A stretch of DNA of 64,000 bases from an uncultured bacterium (GTDB lineage Bacteria > Patescibacteriota > Minisyncoccia > UBA6257 > 2-01-FULL-56-20). Each line of letters starts with the position of its first letter. Position 1 is the stretch's first letter. The stretch lies in NCBI GenBank assembly GCA_963830935.1, contig CAWHOC010000012.1, positions 4,475 to 68,474 of the forward strand, in the 5' to 3' direction. Below, in pieces: positions 48,832 to 59,881 of this stretch. The notes under the pieces were generated by a model, which saw only the letters and a list, made by a program, of their open reading frames with translations, was not told the origin of the DNA and did not search any database. The position numbers and the translations under genes are program-made.

Positions 48832-50055
48832 GTGAGCAAGCTCGAATTTCCAAAAGGATTTCTCTAGGGCGCAGCCACTGCGGCACATCAGGTGGAGGGT
48901 GGCACGCATAATAACTGGAGTGAATGGGAGAGGTCGCCTGCGCGACTTGCGCAGCTTGAAAGAGATGGATTGATCGCAAAATATGGCCGCGAGAATTTTA
49001 TCTCGAGCCAGGCCGCGGATCACTCATCATCGCTACAAAGAAGACTTTGCGCTCTGGCGCGGTCGCTTGGCGATAACGCTACGCGCATTTCCATCGAGTG
49101 GTCACGCGTTGAGCCGGAGGAGGGGAAGCTCTGATGATGCAGCGATTGAGCACTACCGCGACGTCATCGCCGTGATCCGCGCGAACGGCATGGAGCCATT
49201 CGTTACGCTATGGCACTGGACGGTGCCGCTTTGGTTTTGTGATAAGCACGAGTTTGAGCGCCGCGGGAACGTCCGTTACTTCACGCGTTTTGCGGAAAAG
49301 ATGGCCACCGAGCTGCCGGACGTAAAAGTTCTGGATCACGCTGAACGAGCCGGAGATCCACACGAACGACTCATATATAAAGGGCGTGTGGCCGCCGCAG
49401 AAGCATGACCCATTCCTCGCGCTCGTGGTGTACGAGAATCTTATCCGCGCCCATCGCGCGGCGTACAAAGCGATAAAAAGCGGTCCGACCCGGCGCGCAG
49501 GTGGGCGTCGCGAAGAACAATGTCTGCTACGAAGCATATAAAGGACGATTGTGGAATAAGTTTTTAAAACGCGTCGCCGACTGGGCGCTCAATCTCTATT
49601 TTCTCGATCACATAAAAGACAAGCAGGACTTCATCGGCCTCAATCATTATTTTCATAATCGCGTCGACGGATGGTTCGGTAAGAACGAGAATGCGCGGAC
49701 GAGTGATATGGGATGGGAGCTCTATCCCGAAGCGATCTATCGCGTACTCGTCGATCTAAAAAAGTATCGTGTGCCTATCTACATCACCGAAAACGGCCTC
49801 GCGGACGCACGTGACGCCCAACGCGAATGGTTCCTGTGGAAAACGCTCGCGAACGTGCATCGCGCAATTAACGAAGGCGGCGTGGACGTGCGCGGCTATC
49901 TACACTGGTCGCTCATGGACAACTTCGAGTGGCACCACGGCTTCTGGCCCCGCTTTGGCATGATCGAGATCGACTACGCCACGCAGGCGCGGAAGCCGCG
50001 CCCGTCGGCGCTGTTTTATAAGAAAGTGTGCGAAGGGAATGGGGTAGTGAAGTAA
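48832..50055 (+). pseudogene. GH1 beta-glucosidase, one nonsense codon plus at least 5 frame breaks
   Basis: 'FPKGFL*GAATAAHQVEGG' has TAG 48865..48867 where Trp is expected. 'HHRYKEDFAL', 'SIEWSRVEPEEGK', 'TLNEPE' and 'YITENGLAD' are scattered over four or more frames. Confidence 0.8.
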
Positions 50056-50059
50056 AACC

Positions 50060-51847
50060 CTATCCCGCAAATCCCGTCTGCATTTCGTACAAGCCGCGAT
50101 AGACGCCGCCGGGGAGCTTCATGAGAGCCGCGTGGTTGCCCTGTTCCACGATCTCGCCGTTTTTTAGAACCAGGATCAGGTCCGCTTCGCGGACGGTCGA
50201 GAGGCGGTGGGCGATGATGAACGTAGTGCGGCCCTGCATCAGCTTCTCGAACGATGCCTTGATGAGGTGCTCGGACTTTGCATCGAGCGCGGATGTGGGT
50301 TCGTCCAAAACGAGGATGTCCGGACTGCGCAAAAACGCGCGCGCGAGCGCGATGCGCTGCTTTTGCCCGATGGAGAGCTTGACCCCGCGCCAGCCGACGA
50401 TCGTCTTATACTTCTTCGGGAATGCCTCTATGAATTCCTGCGCGTAGGCATCTTTGCATGCGGCCACCATTTCCTCGTGCGACTTGCCGGGATTGCCGTA
50501 GCGGATGTTCGCCTCGATCGTGTCGTTGAAGAGCGTCGGCTCCTGCGGCACGGTGCCGATGCGCGAGCGATACTCCTTAAGGTTCAGTTTCTTGATATCG
50601 ATGCCGTCGACGAGTATATGTCCCTTTTGCGGGAAATAGAAACCGGAGAGCAGGTCGATGATCGTCGTTTTACCGACGCCTGATTCGCCGACGAGCGCGA
50701 TCTTTGCCCCGGGCGCGGCATGGAAGGAGATACCTTTCAGTGTCTCGTTGCTTGTTTTGTACGCAAAGCGGACGTCTCGGAACTCAACGTCGCCTTCGAT
50801 TTTCTTTGGGGAGATGCCACCGACGGGATTATATTTTTCCACCGGCTGAGCGAGCAGTTTGTCCGCGCGGACGAGCGCCACGAAGCCGTTCTGGATCGTC
50901 TGCCATTGCTGGCCGAGCAGGACGAACGGACCGAGGATCATCGCCGCGTATCCGTTGAACGCCACGAGGCCGCCCGGCGTAAGCGTCCCGTTCCGCACGA
51001 AGAAAATGGAAATGATAAAAATGGAAAGCTGGGTAAGCGTGACGAGCATCTTCTGCGCGAACGTGAGCCGCGCGAAGATCGTGTTCAGATCCACCCAAAA
51101 CTGCGCGGCGCGGTCGATATAATTGCGGCGGATCTTTTTGCGCTCCTGCTTCTCCGTTGCCGCCTGCTTGATCTCGCGGATGTTGCCGAGCGCGTCGTGC
51201 GCGTCGCCATAGGCGCGATTCCACGCGCGGTGCATGCGCTTCTGGAGCCCGGAGAGCCGCGGGACCGCGCTCCACAAAATGCCGGCGTAGATCACGATCG
51301 CGGCCAAAAGCACGAGCGTGAGCTGCCAGTTGATGAAATAGGTGATGATGAGCGCGACGCCGATGCTTAAGAAGCTCGGCAGGAGCGAGAGCAGAACGTT
51401 GCCGACGATCTGGTCCAGCCAGTTCGCCGCGCGGTTGATGCGGTCGCTCGTATCGCCCTGCTTCTGCATGGTATGGAATCCGAGCGGCATCTCGAAGAGT
51501 TTGCTGAATCCCTCCGCGGTATATTCGGCGAGCATCACCGTGCTTAGCTTGTCGTTCTGGAATCCGGTCCACCAACTGATGCCGTTGCTCGCAAGGTTCA
51601 GCGCCGCCCAAATGATGAGGAGCGTGATGAACGGCATGAGCACCACCGCGGGATTTTGGGAAATTTTAATGATCGCGTCGAAAATTTTACCGGCGATGAG
51701 CGGCACGAACGCCTGCGCCGTTGCGTTGAGCAACCCAAAGACGGAGAGCCAGATCAGGATCTTCTTGTACGGGCGCAGCTGCCGCGCGATGATAGCGGCG
51801 CCACTAAAAAATGTATCCCGGTTGATGCCGGAAGAAGGAGTTGCCAT
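50060..51847 (-). CDS. ABC transporter, fused permease/ATP-binding protein (MsbA-like exporter)
   Basis: Intact ORF with six TM helices, then 'GESGVGKTT', 'LSIGQKQRIALARA' and 'LVLDEPTSALD'. ATG 51847 preferred. Confidence 0.85.
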   Translation of the reverse strand: MATPSSGINRDTFFSGAAIIARQLRPYKKILIWLSVFGLLNATAQAFVPLIAGKIFDAIIKISQNPAVVLMPFITLLIIWAALNLASNGISWWTGFQNDKLSTVMLAEYTAEGFSKLFEMPLGFHTMQKQGDTSDRINRAANWLDQIVGNVLLSLLPSFLSIGVALIITYFINWQLTLVLLAAIVIYAGILWSAVPRLSGLQKRMHRAWNRAYGDAHDALGNIREIKQAATEKQERKKIRRNYIDRAAQFWVDLNTIFARLTFAQKMLVTLTQLSIFIISIFFVRNGTLTPGGLVAFNGYAAMILGPFVLLGQQWQTIQNGFVALVRADKLLAQPVEKYNPVGGISPKKIEGDVEFRDVRFAYKTSNETLKGISFHAAPGAKIALVGESGVGKTTIIDLLSGFYFPQKGHILVDGIDIKKLNLKEYRSRIGTVPQEPTLFNDTIEANIRYGNPGKSHEEMVAACKDAYAQEFIEAFPKKYKTIVGWRGVKLSIGQKQRIALARAFLRSPDILVLDEPTSALDAKSEHLIKASFEKLMQGRTTFIIAHRLSTVREADLILVLKNGEIVEQGNHAALMKLPGGVYRGLYEMQTGFAG

Positions 51848-51889
51848 AGGACTTATATTATAACACGAAAACCGGGGTAATCGGAGTGC

Positions 51890-51918
51890 TTGACATATAT
51901 ATAGTGGCGTGATATATA
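51890..51918 (+). promoter_or_regulatory. sigma70-like promoter candidate (TTGACA-17 nt-TATATA)
   Basis: -35 at 51890..51895 and -10 at 51913..51918, in the divergent region between the two ABC genes. Confidence 0.3.
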
Positions 51919-52187
51919 TAGAAACGTGAAGAACAATCATATTATTTTTAACGATCGTACGGGCCAGGGGAACGGCAGTTCTCCCAAGGCCTTCCTTAAG
52001 GGCACCAATGGGGTCATGGGCGGTATTTGTTCTTTTCGGCAGTGCATATTTGATTTTATAGGATCGTAGCCATCTCTCTATATCTTCTTGAAGTCAAATA
52101 TGCCTTGCCGAATGTCGGTAAGGCATATGTTTTTTGAACGATCTTTCACAATTGAATGTCAAAGTTTCGGAAAAGGAGGGAAGTACT

Positions 52188-54069
52188 ATGTACGATCTGG
52201 AAGATGCGAGGGATGTCCCGACGACATGGCGGGAATACCTGCGTCAAAGCAAAGAAATGTTCGGGGCCATCGTGTGGGCGTGGCGAGATTTCAAGACTGC
52301 GGAAGCTCTCAGGTGGTATCGCTGGCTTGCCGTTGCCGTGATAATTGCGACCATCTTTTCGGTGGCGCTTCCACAGACGCTCAAGATTCTCCTCGATGGG
52401 ATAGGCAGGCATGACGCACGGCTTGCCATCGTCGGACTAACAGGATTTTTCATCTGCTTCGTCATGCAACGATTTGCGGGCAACCATCACGACCGATTCC
52501 GCGAATGCCTGCTCGGATCCAATATGGGACAGCTCGACAGCAACATGACGGAACGGTTCTTCGGAAAATCCATCGGTCAGCATGTTCAGGAGAATCACCG
52601 CCTGAACCCCGAAAGCATCATGACCGGGCGCGAGCGCTTGCTCGCCACCCAGTCATTGTTGTTCTTCGAGGGAGTTCCTACCGCCGTCGCACTCTGCTTT
52701 TCCTATGTCCTTCTGTGGTGGCTCAGCTGGGTCATCGGGCTTACCCTCACGGTGTTCCTTGTCGCATACGGTCTCTATCTGCTCTATCTGAATCAAAAGG
52801 TGCTTGAAGCATGCACGCCGCTCGAAGTCGAGTGGCGTCGCCTGAAGCGGTACCGTTTTGAACGGATGAAGAATGTGGAGCGTGTGAAAATATCGGCACG
52901 GGAGATCGATGAATTACGGATCATGAAGGAGGCCTTTGAGGCGGTGCTCGGAAAGGACCGTTCGTTCTGGCTATGGTATATCAGACAGACCTTGCGTCGG
53001 GGGTTGATCCTCGTCGTCGGGATGATGTTGATCCTGATATACGGGACATGGTTGGCGTGGACCGGTCGCTGGACCGTCGCAGCATTCTTTCCGCTCATAA
53101 TGTGGAGCTTGGAGATCGTGAACAACGTCTGGCGGGTCGGGTATATCGAGCGGCAACTCAACTGGTTTCTGCCCGCCGTTCGTCATATGATCGAAGCGCT
53201 TGCCATTCCGCCCGCCATCACATCAAAACCGGATGCGATCGTGCTCACCAAAAATGAGCCGATCGAGATCTGTTTCGATGGAATCACGACGGATATCCGG
53301 CGGACAGCAACGATAACGGAACAAGCGCTTCGGTACCTGCGCCCGTCCTTAAGAAAGTAACGTTTTCCATCGGACAGAGCGATAGGGTCGCTTTGATCGG
53401 TCCCTCCGGGGCCGGCAAGACGACGTTGATGAACCTTCTGCTTCGGGTCTATGATCCGGAGCAGGGCGCGGTCCGCATCAACGGCATCGATCTGCGCGAC
53501 ATATCTCTGCCTTCATGGTGGAGATCGGTCGCGTACATTCCACAGCATCCGCAGATCTTCGACGGGACGATACGCTATAACCTGGCGTACGCGCTTTCCG
53601 AAGAACAGCGGGAGTATTGGAATGACGATCGCATGTGGGAACTGATGCGTAAGTTGCGCATCGATTTCGGCGAGCGATTGATCGACGGGCTTGATACGGT
53701 CGTGGGCGAGCGGGGGACGAAGCTTTCCGGCGGTCAGGCGCAGCGCCTGATCATCGGTGCTGCCGTCATCAAGCAGGCGCCGTTCATCATCATCGATGAG
53801 GGCACCAGCAATCTTGATTCCTCTACGGACGGGCCGTGCACGACGGTTTGGCGGAGATCCTGAGCGATCAGGTCGGGGCACTTATCATCGCGCATCGGCT
53901 TTCCACCGTTCGGAATCTTTGCAACCGCTTCGTCGTGCTTCGGAACGCGGAAGACGTGCGGAACGGCGATTCGCAGATCGAAGCGATCGCGGACTCATTC
54001 GAAGAGCTCTACGCGACCTCTCCCACCTTCCGGCAACTTGCCGACGATCAGCACATTACCATCCAGTAG
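52188..54069 (+). CDS. ABC transporter, fused permease/ATP-binding protein (frame breaks ~53290 and ~53830)
   Basis: AAGGAGG 8 nt upstream of ATG 52188. A TMD followed by 'GPSGAGKTT', 'LSGGQAQRL' and 'IIIDEGTSNLD'. The tail lies in ORF 53836..54069. Confidence 0.8.
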
Positions 54070-54079
54070 TCAGTACCAG

Positions 54080-54115
54080 TGGCGTTGTCGCATAAAGCGA
54101 CGACGCCATTTTTTT
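54080..54115 (+). terminator. rho-independent terminator
   Basis: TGGCGTTGTCGC-ATAAA-GCGACGACGCCA followed by TTTTTTT. Confidence 0.55.
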
Positions 54116-54123
54116 ATGAAAGC

Positions 54124-54537
54124 CTATTTTTCCGGCTTCAACGCTCGTGCAATACGCACAACGATGTGCTTTGTCGGAATGTTGCTCAGGCACTCGGGGC
54201 AAACTTTCGTCGTTGCCTCCGGCGGAGGGCCTTTATGAATACTGCTCAGCTTATTGATCGGAAGCACGATGACGAAGTAGATCGTGGCGGCGGTGATGAG
54301 GAACGAGATGAAGTTATTGATGAAATCGCCGTAGAGGAACTGGCTCCCGTTCACGGTAAATATGAGCGTGGAGAAGTTGGGCTGCTTAAAGATGGCCGCG
54401 ATGAGCGGCGTCATCAGGTCTTTTACGAGCGATGACACGACGCTATTGAACGCCGCGCCGACCATGACGCCGACCGCGAGATCCACCACGCTCCCGCGCA
54501 ATATGAACTCCTTAAATCCCTTCAACATGGCTTTCAT
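54124..54537 (-). CDS. mscL: large-conductance mechanosensitive channel
   Basis: 'GFKEFILRGSVVDLAVGVMVGAAFNSVVSSLVKDLMTPLI'. Confidence 0.85.
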   Translation of the reverse strand: MKAMLKGFKEFILRGSVVDLAVGVMVGAAFNSVVSSLVKDLMTPLIAAIFKQPNFSTLIFTVNGSQFLYGDFINNFISFLITAATIYFVIVLPINKLSSIHKGPPPEATTKVCPECLSNIPTKHIVVRIARALKPEK

Positions 54538-55081
54538 GTATTTTCTTGATTATATAATATCCGATCGGCAAAAGGATGATGACGCCCACGGTGTACCATT
54601 CCAAATAGGTGCCGGAATAGCGCACCGCCCTGCCGAGGAAGTAGCCGATGAGCAGCAGTATCGTGGAGCGGACGGCATTCATCGGCGTAATATACTCCAA
54701 AAATTTCTGGTAGACCATCTTTGAGGCCCCGGCTGCGATGAGGAAGAGCGATCCGACCCCGTACGACGCCTTACTTATAAGGAACGTCTTTCCGGGATGC
54801 GTCTCGTAATGCTTCTCGAGCTTCAGAAGCCGCGCTTCAGTGATATGGAGGAACTTTATCCGCTCCAAAAACCTCCTCCCGCGAGCGCCGAGGGCGAAAT
54901 AAAAAGAATCGGAGATCATGTCTCCGGCGAAGACCACCAAGAAGGTGGGAATGAAGCTCAGGACGCCGAGCGATATGAGGAACCCGGACACCATCGTGAT
55001 GATAGGTCCCTCGATCGTCGCGACGGGGAATATCACCCAGTATTTATACTGTATGAGGAACCGGAAAAGTTGGCGTGACAC
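54512..55081 (-). CDS. DedA-family membrane protein
   Basis: 189-aa ORF with 'FPVATIEGPIITMVSGFL' and 'FAGDMISDSFYFALG'. Confidence 0.7.
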   Translation of the reverse strand: MSRQLFRFLIQYKYWVIFPVATIEGPIITMVSGFLISLGVLSFIPTFLVVFAGDMISDSFYFALGARGRRFLERIKFLHITEARLLKLEKHYETHPGKTFLISKASYGVGSLFLIAAGASKMVYQKFLEYITPMNAVRSTILLLIGYFLGRAVRYSGTYLEWYTVGVIILLPIGYYIIKKIHESHVEGI

Positions 55082-55090
55082 CCAACTATT

Positions 55091-55541
55091 TTACTTCATC
55101 GCCAAGTTCTGGTCGAGAATGACGATCTCGGCGTGCTCGATACCGAAGTTGACCGCCTTGCTGACGCGTGGGCATCCAGATGTCCACGCGTCCGCCGAAC
55201 CGCGCGCTCGTGCGGTCTTCAACCGTAAAGACCTTGGTGCCGAAGAGGGACGGGATCTCTATCTGGGTGCCGAAAGGGAGGAAGTTGGCCGCGACGATGC
55301 CGTCGCCCACCATGCCGCCGGAAGCGGTGATAAGGGGGTGGTCGGACGTCTCGTCCGGGTCGCTCGTATAGGCCGTCACCCAGACGGTTTTGGTGGACGC
55401 GACCGCCGCCGGGGCGGGCAGAACCGCCGTATCGGCCTGGATGGTTGCCGGGTAAGCCAGGAGTCCTAAGACCGCCAGAGCTTTAAGGCATTTGACTACT
55501 TTCCCAACAAAAATGCCCCTCGCGGGGCGCATGGTACTCAT
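55091..55541 (-). CDS. 3D-domain protein (MltA/RlpA-like fold), C-terminal frame break ~55160
   Basis: 'VWVTAYTSDPDETSDHPLITASGGMVGDGIVAANFLPFGTQIEIP...VEDRTSARFGGRVDIW'. An alternative frame gives 'SKAVNFGIEHAEIVILDQ' and ends at TAA 55091..55093. Confidence 0.6.
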
Positions 55542-55638
55542 TTATTTGTACTTCCATCTTAGCAGACCCCACCCCAAAAGTCAACCGCCGGGGTCAAGGG
55601 GCGGGCCAGTAGGCGGTTGGGCCTCAATAGCCCATATT

Positions 55639-56649
55639 TTACGCTTTATCCAGGAAATCCTCGACTATTTTGCGCACCTCGGCCGCATTTTCTGCCTCCA
55701 TGAGGCGCAGCCGGAGCTCTTTGGCCCCATCAAAGCCGCCTTGGCCATCGGGTTGGGCGCTGGTATAGGATTTGTAATGCTTTTTCATGACGTCGAAGTT
55801 CTTCGAGGTTATCGCTCCGGTAGAGCTTCTCAAAGAGCTCGGTGTGGGCCACGAGGCGTTCGAGCCGCTCCCGGACGCCGGGCGTCCGGCCGGAGAAGAA
55901 CCAGGGGTTGCCGAAGAGGCCGGAGCCCACCATCACGCCATCCATGCCGGACGCGACGGCCTTGGCGCGGCCGTCTTCGAGCGAGCGGACGTCGCCGTTG
56001 CCCAGGAGGACGGTTTTGGGAGCGATCCGATCGCGGAGAGCCACTATCTTTGGCGCCAGCTCCCAGCGGGCCGGCACGTCGGACATCTCGTTGCGGGTAC
56101 GGAGGTGGACGGTGAGCGCGGCCAGGTCTTCTTCGAGGAGTGCCGGGATCCACTCATCCATCTCCGCGATGTTCGCATAGCCGAGCCGGGTTTTTACGGA
56201 AACGGGCAGGCCGCCCGCGCCGCGTTTGAGCGCGCGGATGATTTCCTTGGCCACCGCCGGGGATTTAATGAGTGCTGCGCCTCCGCCGGACTTCTCCACG
56301 CCGCGGTCAGGGCAGCCCATGTTGATGTCGATGCCGTCAAAGCCGAGCGATTTGATGAGCGGGCCGATGGCTTCGAATTGTTCCGGCTTCCCGCCGAAGA
56401 TCTGTGCCACGATCGGATGCTCGGCGGGCTCGCGTTGTCGAACCAGAGATCGGTCAGCAACTTCTCGCGCCCGCGCGAGAGCAGCCCTTCTACCGAAACG
56501 AATTCCGTCCAAAAGACGTCCGGCTTGCCGCACTCCGCGAACATGCGGCGGAACGCCGCGTCCGTGACGTTCGCCATCGGCGCCTGCGCCATGATCGGGC
56601 GGGGGAGGGAGAGCCAGAAATTTTTATCGTCGTGCGCAGCGTCAGCCAT
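55639..56649 (-). CDS. dus: tRNA-dihydrouridine synthase (2 frame breaks)
   Basis: 'MAQAPMANVTDAAFR', 'IVAQIFGGKPE', 'GFDGIDINMGCP', 'VSVKTRLG' and 'GNGDV' are spread over ORFs 56194..56664, 55730..56533 and 55639..55833. Confidence 0.8.
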
Positions 56650-56738
56650 AATGACCATTAGCATAATTCAATTGCTGTGAGGGGGGAAGCCCTGGCCAAA
56701 AATTTTTTCTAACCTTGTAAATCCCGTAAAAATCTCAT

Positions 56739-57014
56739 ATGCTCTTCATTATGACCACCGAAGAGTCGATAAAAGAGAAACTTCAATCCGCGTCGCTTTC
56801 TGAATATGAAATGTCGCTTTGGGAAGGTGTTGTAAAAAGCCTTCCAGAAAATATGCTTCAGGATATTTTAGAAGTCTTTAATGTAAGCCCTGAGGCCACC
56901 CGCACACTGACCGATAATCTTGTTGTCAAAACAGACGCTCTAAAAAGCGGGGACATAAGGGAGTGGGAAAAGGTATTAGAAAACGATAAAGCTATAATAG
57001 CCGGCGTTGCATAA
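56739..57014 (+). CDS. hypothetical protein
   Basis: 91-aa ORF. No family recognised. Confidence 0.35.
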   Translation: MLFIMTTEESIKEKLQSASLSEYEMSLWEGVVKSLPENMLQDILEVFNVSPEATRTLTDNLVVKTDALKSGDIREWEKVLENDKAIIAGVA

Positions 57015-57422
57015 AGCGATGGCATTCGAAACCCACATGAAAAATCAGGAATCCGAACGCGTGCGCACGCCAGAGGAACAGGAGAAAGAGCTGAGGGCAA
57101 AAATGTTCAAGGGCCTCCTTGCTGTGGGCGCCGGTGTCTTATGGTCGGAAGGCCGGTTTCTCGAGCGGGCATTTTCCATCCCCTTTCCTTTGGCAGTTCC
57201 GAATCCGAAAGCGAGAGGCGCGATAGCAAACTGATCGACGAAAAAGGATTTCTAGGAGCAGCGGCTGAAAAAACAAAAGCAGCCTATGGAAATATAGATA
57301 GGTTTGAAAAATTTCTTAACCCGCAGGGTGAAACGAGCTTACTTGAAGTTTTTGACAAAATCACCCGCGCGGCGGGAGGGGCTCCAGAGGAAGAGGGCGG
57401 AAGTCACGGGGAAGTGGCTTAA
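57007..57422 (+). CDS. hypothetical protein (frame break ~57190)
   Basis: ORFs 57007..57234 and 57141..57422 overlap in different frames. Confidence 0.3.
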
Positions 57423-57462
57423 TTAAAAAAAGACCCGACAAATGAATTGCCGGGCGGACAGC

Positions 57463-57829
57463 CTATTGAGCGTTTGTTTTGAATATTCGTTCGGCGTCCT
57501 CCACTGTATCGCGGTATTTCTGATTCTTCTTGAGCCGATCCGCGACGACACGTAGCGTCCGTTTCCCAAAACGATGGACCGTCACCTGATCCTCCGGCGA
57601 AAGTTTTTCGTAAAGGTCAAGCAGCACGAGAATGATTTTCATACCCGCGAAAATCGCTAAGATCACGTATGATCGCTCGCGTAGCGATGAGTAGCACGAT
57701 GAATGCCACGACGCTTTTTGGTACAAAAGCGAAAATCGCTACAAGCGATGCGATACTGCCGAGAGCCGATACGACGATCCCGACATTTAAAACGCGGTGC
57801 AGATTCATGGAATTTTCCTCGAGAACCAC
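57463..57829 (-). CDS. hypothetical small membrane protein (frame break ~57650)
   Basis: ORFs 57617..57829 (two TM helices) and 57463..57726. Confidence 0.35.
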
Positions 57830-57927
57830 TAATCAAATTGTATCATGTATTGATATGTATGTCAATTTTTTCGTATCAAATCACGGCATCGTTGGAAAAT
57901 AGTCAATCTGCTTCATACTTTGCTACA

Positions 57928-58020
57928 ATGAAAGGAAATAACATTAACCCTATGACAATAAACTATTGGGCGGTGCTCGCGGCTGCGGTGGCATCGATGA
58001 TCATTGGGGTTTGGAGATAG
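57928..58020 (+). pseudogene. DUF1761-like N-terminal remnant (30 codons)
   Basis: 'MKGNNINPMTINYWAVLAAAVASMIIGVWR*' resembles the first helix of DUF1761 proteins and then terminates. Confidence 0.3.
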
Positions 58021-58201
58021 GAATGATATTCCTTAAACCAAAAAGCGACGCCATAACATGGGGTCGCATTGTGTCGAGAAAATCGGAGGTGCCAGGCGAT
58101 CCCTAGGCACCTCCAAGGATCCATTAGGCGCTCTCTGCGGAGCTGCCTTGACTGTATCACGATTTAATAATTCTTTCATGCGCGAGTGGTAGGGTTGGGA
58201 A

Positions 58202-59266
58202 ATGGAACGAAAATATATCGTGTCGGCCGCGCGCGGCGCAGGGGCGGTACTCTTTTGTGCCTGTGCGCTTATTGTTGTGCAAAGATTTTTCATTCCGAGC
58301 AAGAGTCCGGCTCCGGCCGGCACTCTCTCGCTCATAGTCGAGCCGGATAACGGTATCGCGCCGGTGCTCACCATGATCAGTGGCGCATCGTCATCCGTGG
58401 ATCTCGTAATGTACGAGCTTGATGACATGCGGATCGAGTCGGCGCTTGCTGCGGACGAGGTGCGTGGCGTGGCGGTGCGCGTGATCCTGAGCGGAGGATA
58501 TAAAGGAGCGACGTCTACTATGAATGCGTCGGCGTATAACTTTCTGGCCGCGCACGGCGTGCCGGTGCGGTACTCGCCGGCATATTTTTCTCTAACGCAC
58601 GAAAAATCACTGGTCGTCGACCACAGCCGCGCGCTCATCATGACGTTCAACCTGGTATCAAAGTATTATCCGACGGGCAGGGACTTCGGGATCGTTGACG
58701 CCGATGTGCGCGACGTCGCGGCGATGGAGGATACGTTCGACGACGATTGGCGGGGAAGCGGTTCGGGTGATACGGCGCGGGCGTCGCTCGGCGGCAATGA
58801 TGGTGATGTAGGCGACGATCTTTTATGGAGCCCCGGCTCGGAGCCGGCGTTGCTTGACCTCATTACGGGCGCGAAGCGATCGCTCTATATTTACAACGAG
58901 GAGATGGACGATAGCCATGTGACGAAGGCGCTTATTGATGCCGCTCGCCGCGGCGTGGCGGTCTATGTGGATATGACCGGCGCGGACGAATGGAAATATG
59001 AGTTCGCAGAGCTCGCGACCGCGGGCGCGCATGTGCGCACGTACGCCGACGCGGATGACGCGCCGCTTTATATCCACGCCAAGATGATCGTGGCGGACGA
59101 GGGGAGCGCGGACGCCCGCGCCTTCGTCGGCTCGGAAAATTTTTCACCGACGTCGCTTGGCGAGAATCGCGAGCTCGGGATCATTACAAGCGATCAGAAC
59201 ATTATCGCGCCGCTTATGAAAATATTTGCCGCCGACTGGCGCGCCGCAACGCCATTCACGCTTTAG
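58202..59266 (+). CDS. phospholipase D / cardiolipin-synthase-like protein with two HKD motifs
   Basis: 'THEKSLVVD' and 'IHAKMIVAD...GSENFS'. N-terminal TM. Confidence 0.75.
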   Translation: MERKYIVSAARGAGAVLFCACALIVVQRFFIPSKSPAPAGTLSLIVEPDNGIAPVLTMISGASSSVDLVMYELDDMRIESALAADEVRGVAVRVILSGGYKGATSTMNASAYNFLAAHGVPVRYSPAYFSLTHEKSLVVDHSRALIMTFNLVSKYYPTGRDFGIVDADVRDVAAMEDTFDDDWRGSGSGDTARASLGGNDGDVGDDLLWSPGSEPALLDLITGAKRSLYIYNEEMDDSHVTKALIDAARRGVAVYVDMTGADEWKYEFAELATAGAHVRTYADADDAPLYIHAKMIVADEGSADARAFVGSENFSPTSLGENRELGIITSDQNIIAPLMKIFAADWRAATPFTL

Positions 59267-59281
59267 GCGTATACTTAGGTA

Positions 59282-59839
59282 ATGCTTACTCTTAAAAACA
59301 TCGTCATTCTCATCTGGATCGTCTTCGTGGTGTACTGGTTCGTCTCCGCGATCGGAGTGAAGCAGAACATCAAAGGCGGCAGCTGGGCGCGCAGTGCCGT
59401 TTACCGCATTGCGCTTGTTGTCATGGTTGTTGCTTTACTGCAGGCAAGTTCGTCCTGGCAAGTATACGCATACCGGTTCAATTTTGATGTACAGCTCGCG
59501 GGCACTATCCTCTGCGCTATCGGGATCGGGATCGCGATCTGGGCGCGCCGCTATCTGGGCAGGAACTGGAGCGGCACGCCGTCCATAAAAAAAGATCACG
59601 AACTTGTGACGTCCGGACCATATCGCTTCGTGCGCCACCCGATCTATACCGGAATGATCCTCGCCCTCTTCGGTTCCGCGCTCGTTGCGGGCGTCGTATG
59701 GTTCGTCATATTCCTCGTTTTCACCGTGATGTTCCTCTTCCGCATCCCGGTGGAGGAGCGGTACATGATGCAGCTTTTTCCGGACCAATATCCTGCGTAT
59801 AAGAAACGGACGAAGGCGCTGATCCCGTTCGTCTGGTAA
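59282..59839 (+). CDS. isoprenylcysteine carboxyl / phospholipid methyltransferase-family membrane protein
   Basis: 'ELVTSGPYRFVRHPIYTGMILALFG'. Confidence 0.7.
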   Translation: MLTLKNIVILIWIVFVVYWFVSAIGVKQNIKGGSWARSAVYRIALVVMVVALLQASSSWQVYAYRFNFDVQLAGTILCAIGIGIAIWARRYLGRNWSGTPSIKKDHELVTSGPYRFVRHPIYTGMILALFGSALVAGVVWFVIFLVFTVMFLFRIPVEERYMMQLFPDQYPAYKKRTKALIPFVW

Positions 59840-59881
59840 TAAAAGAATAAAAAAAAGAGCCCCGGAGAATTCGGAACTCTG

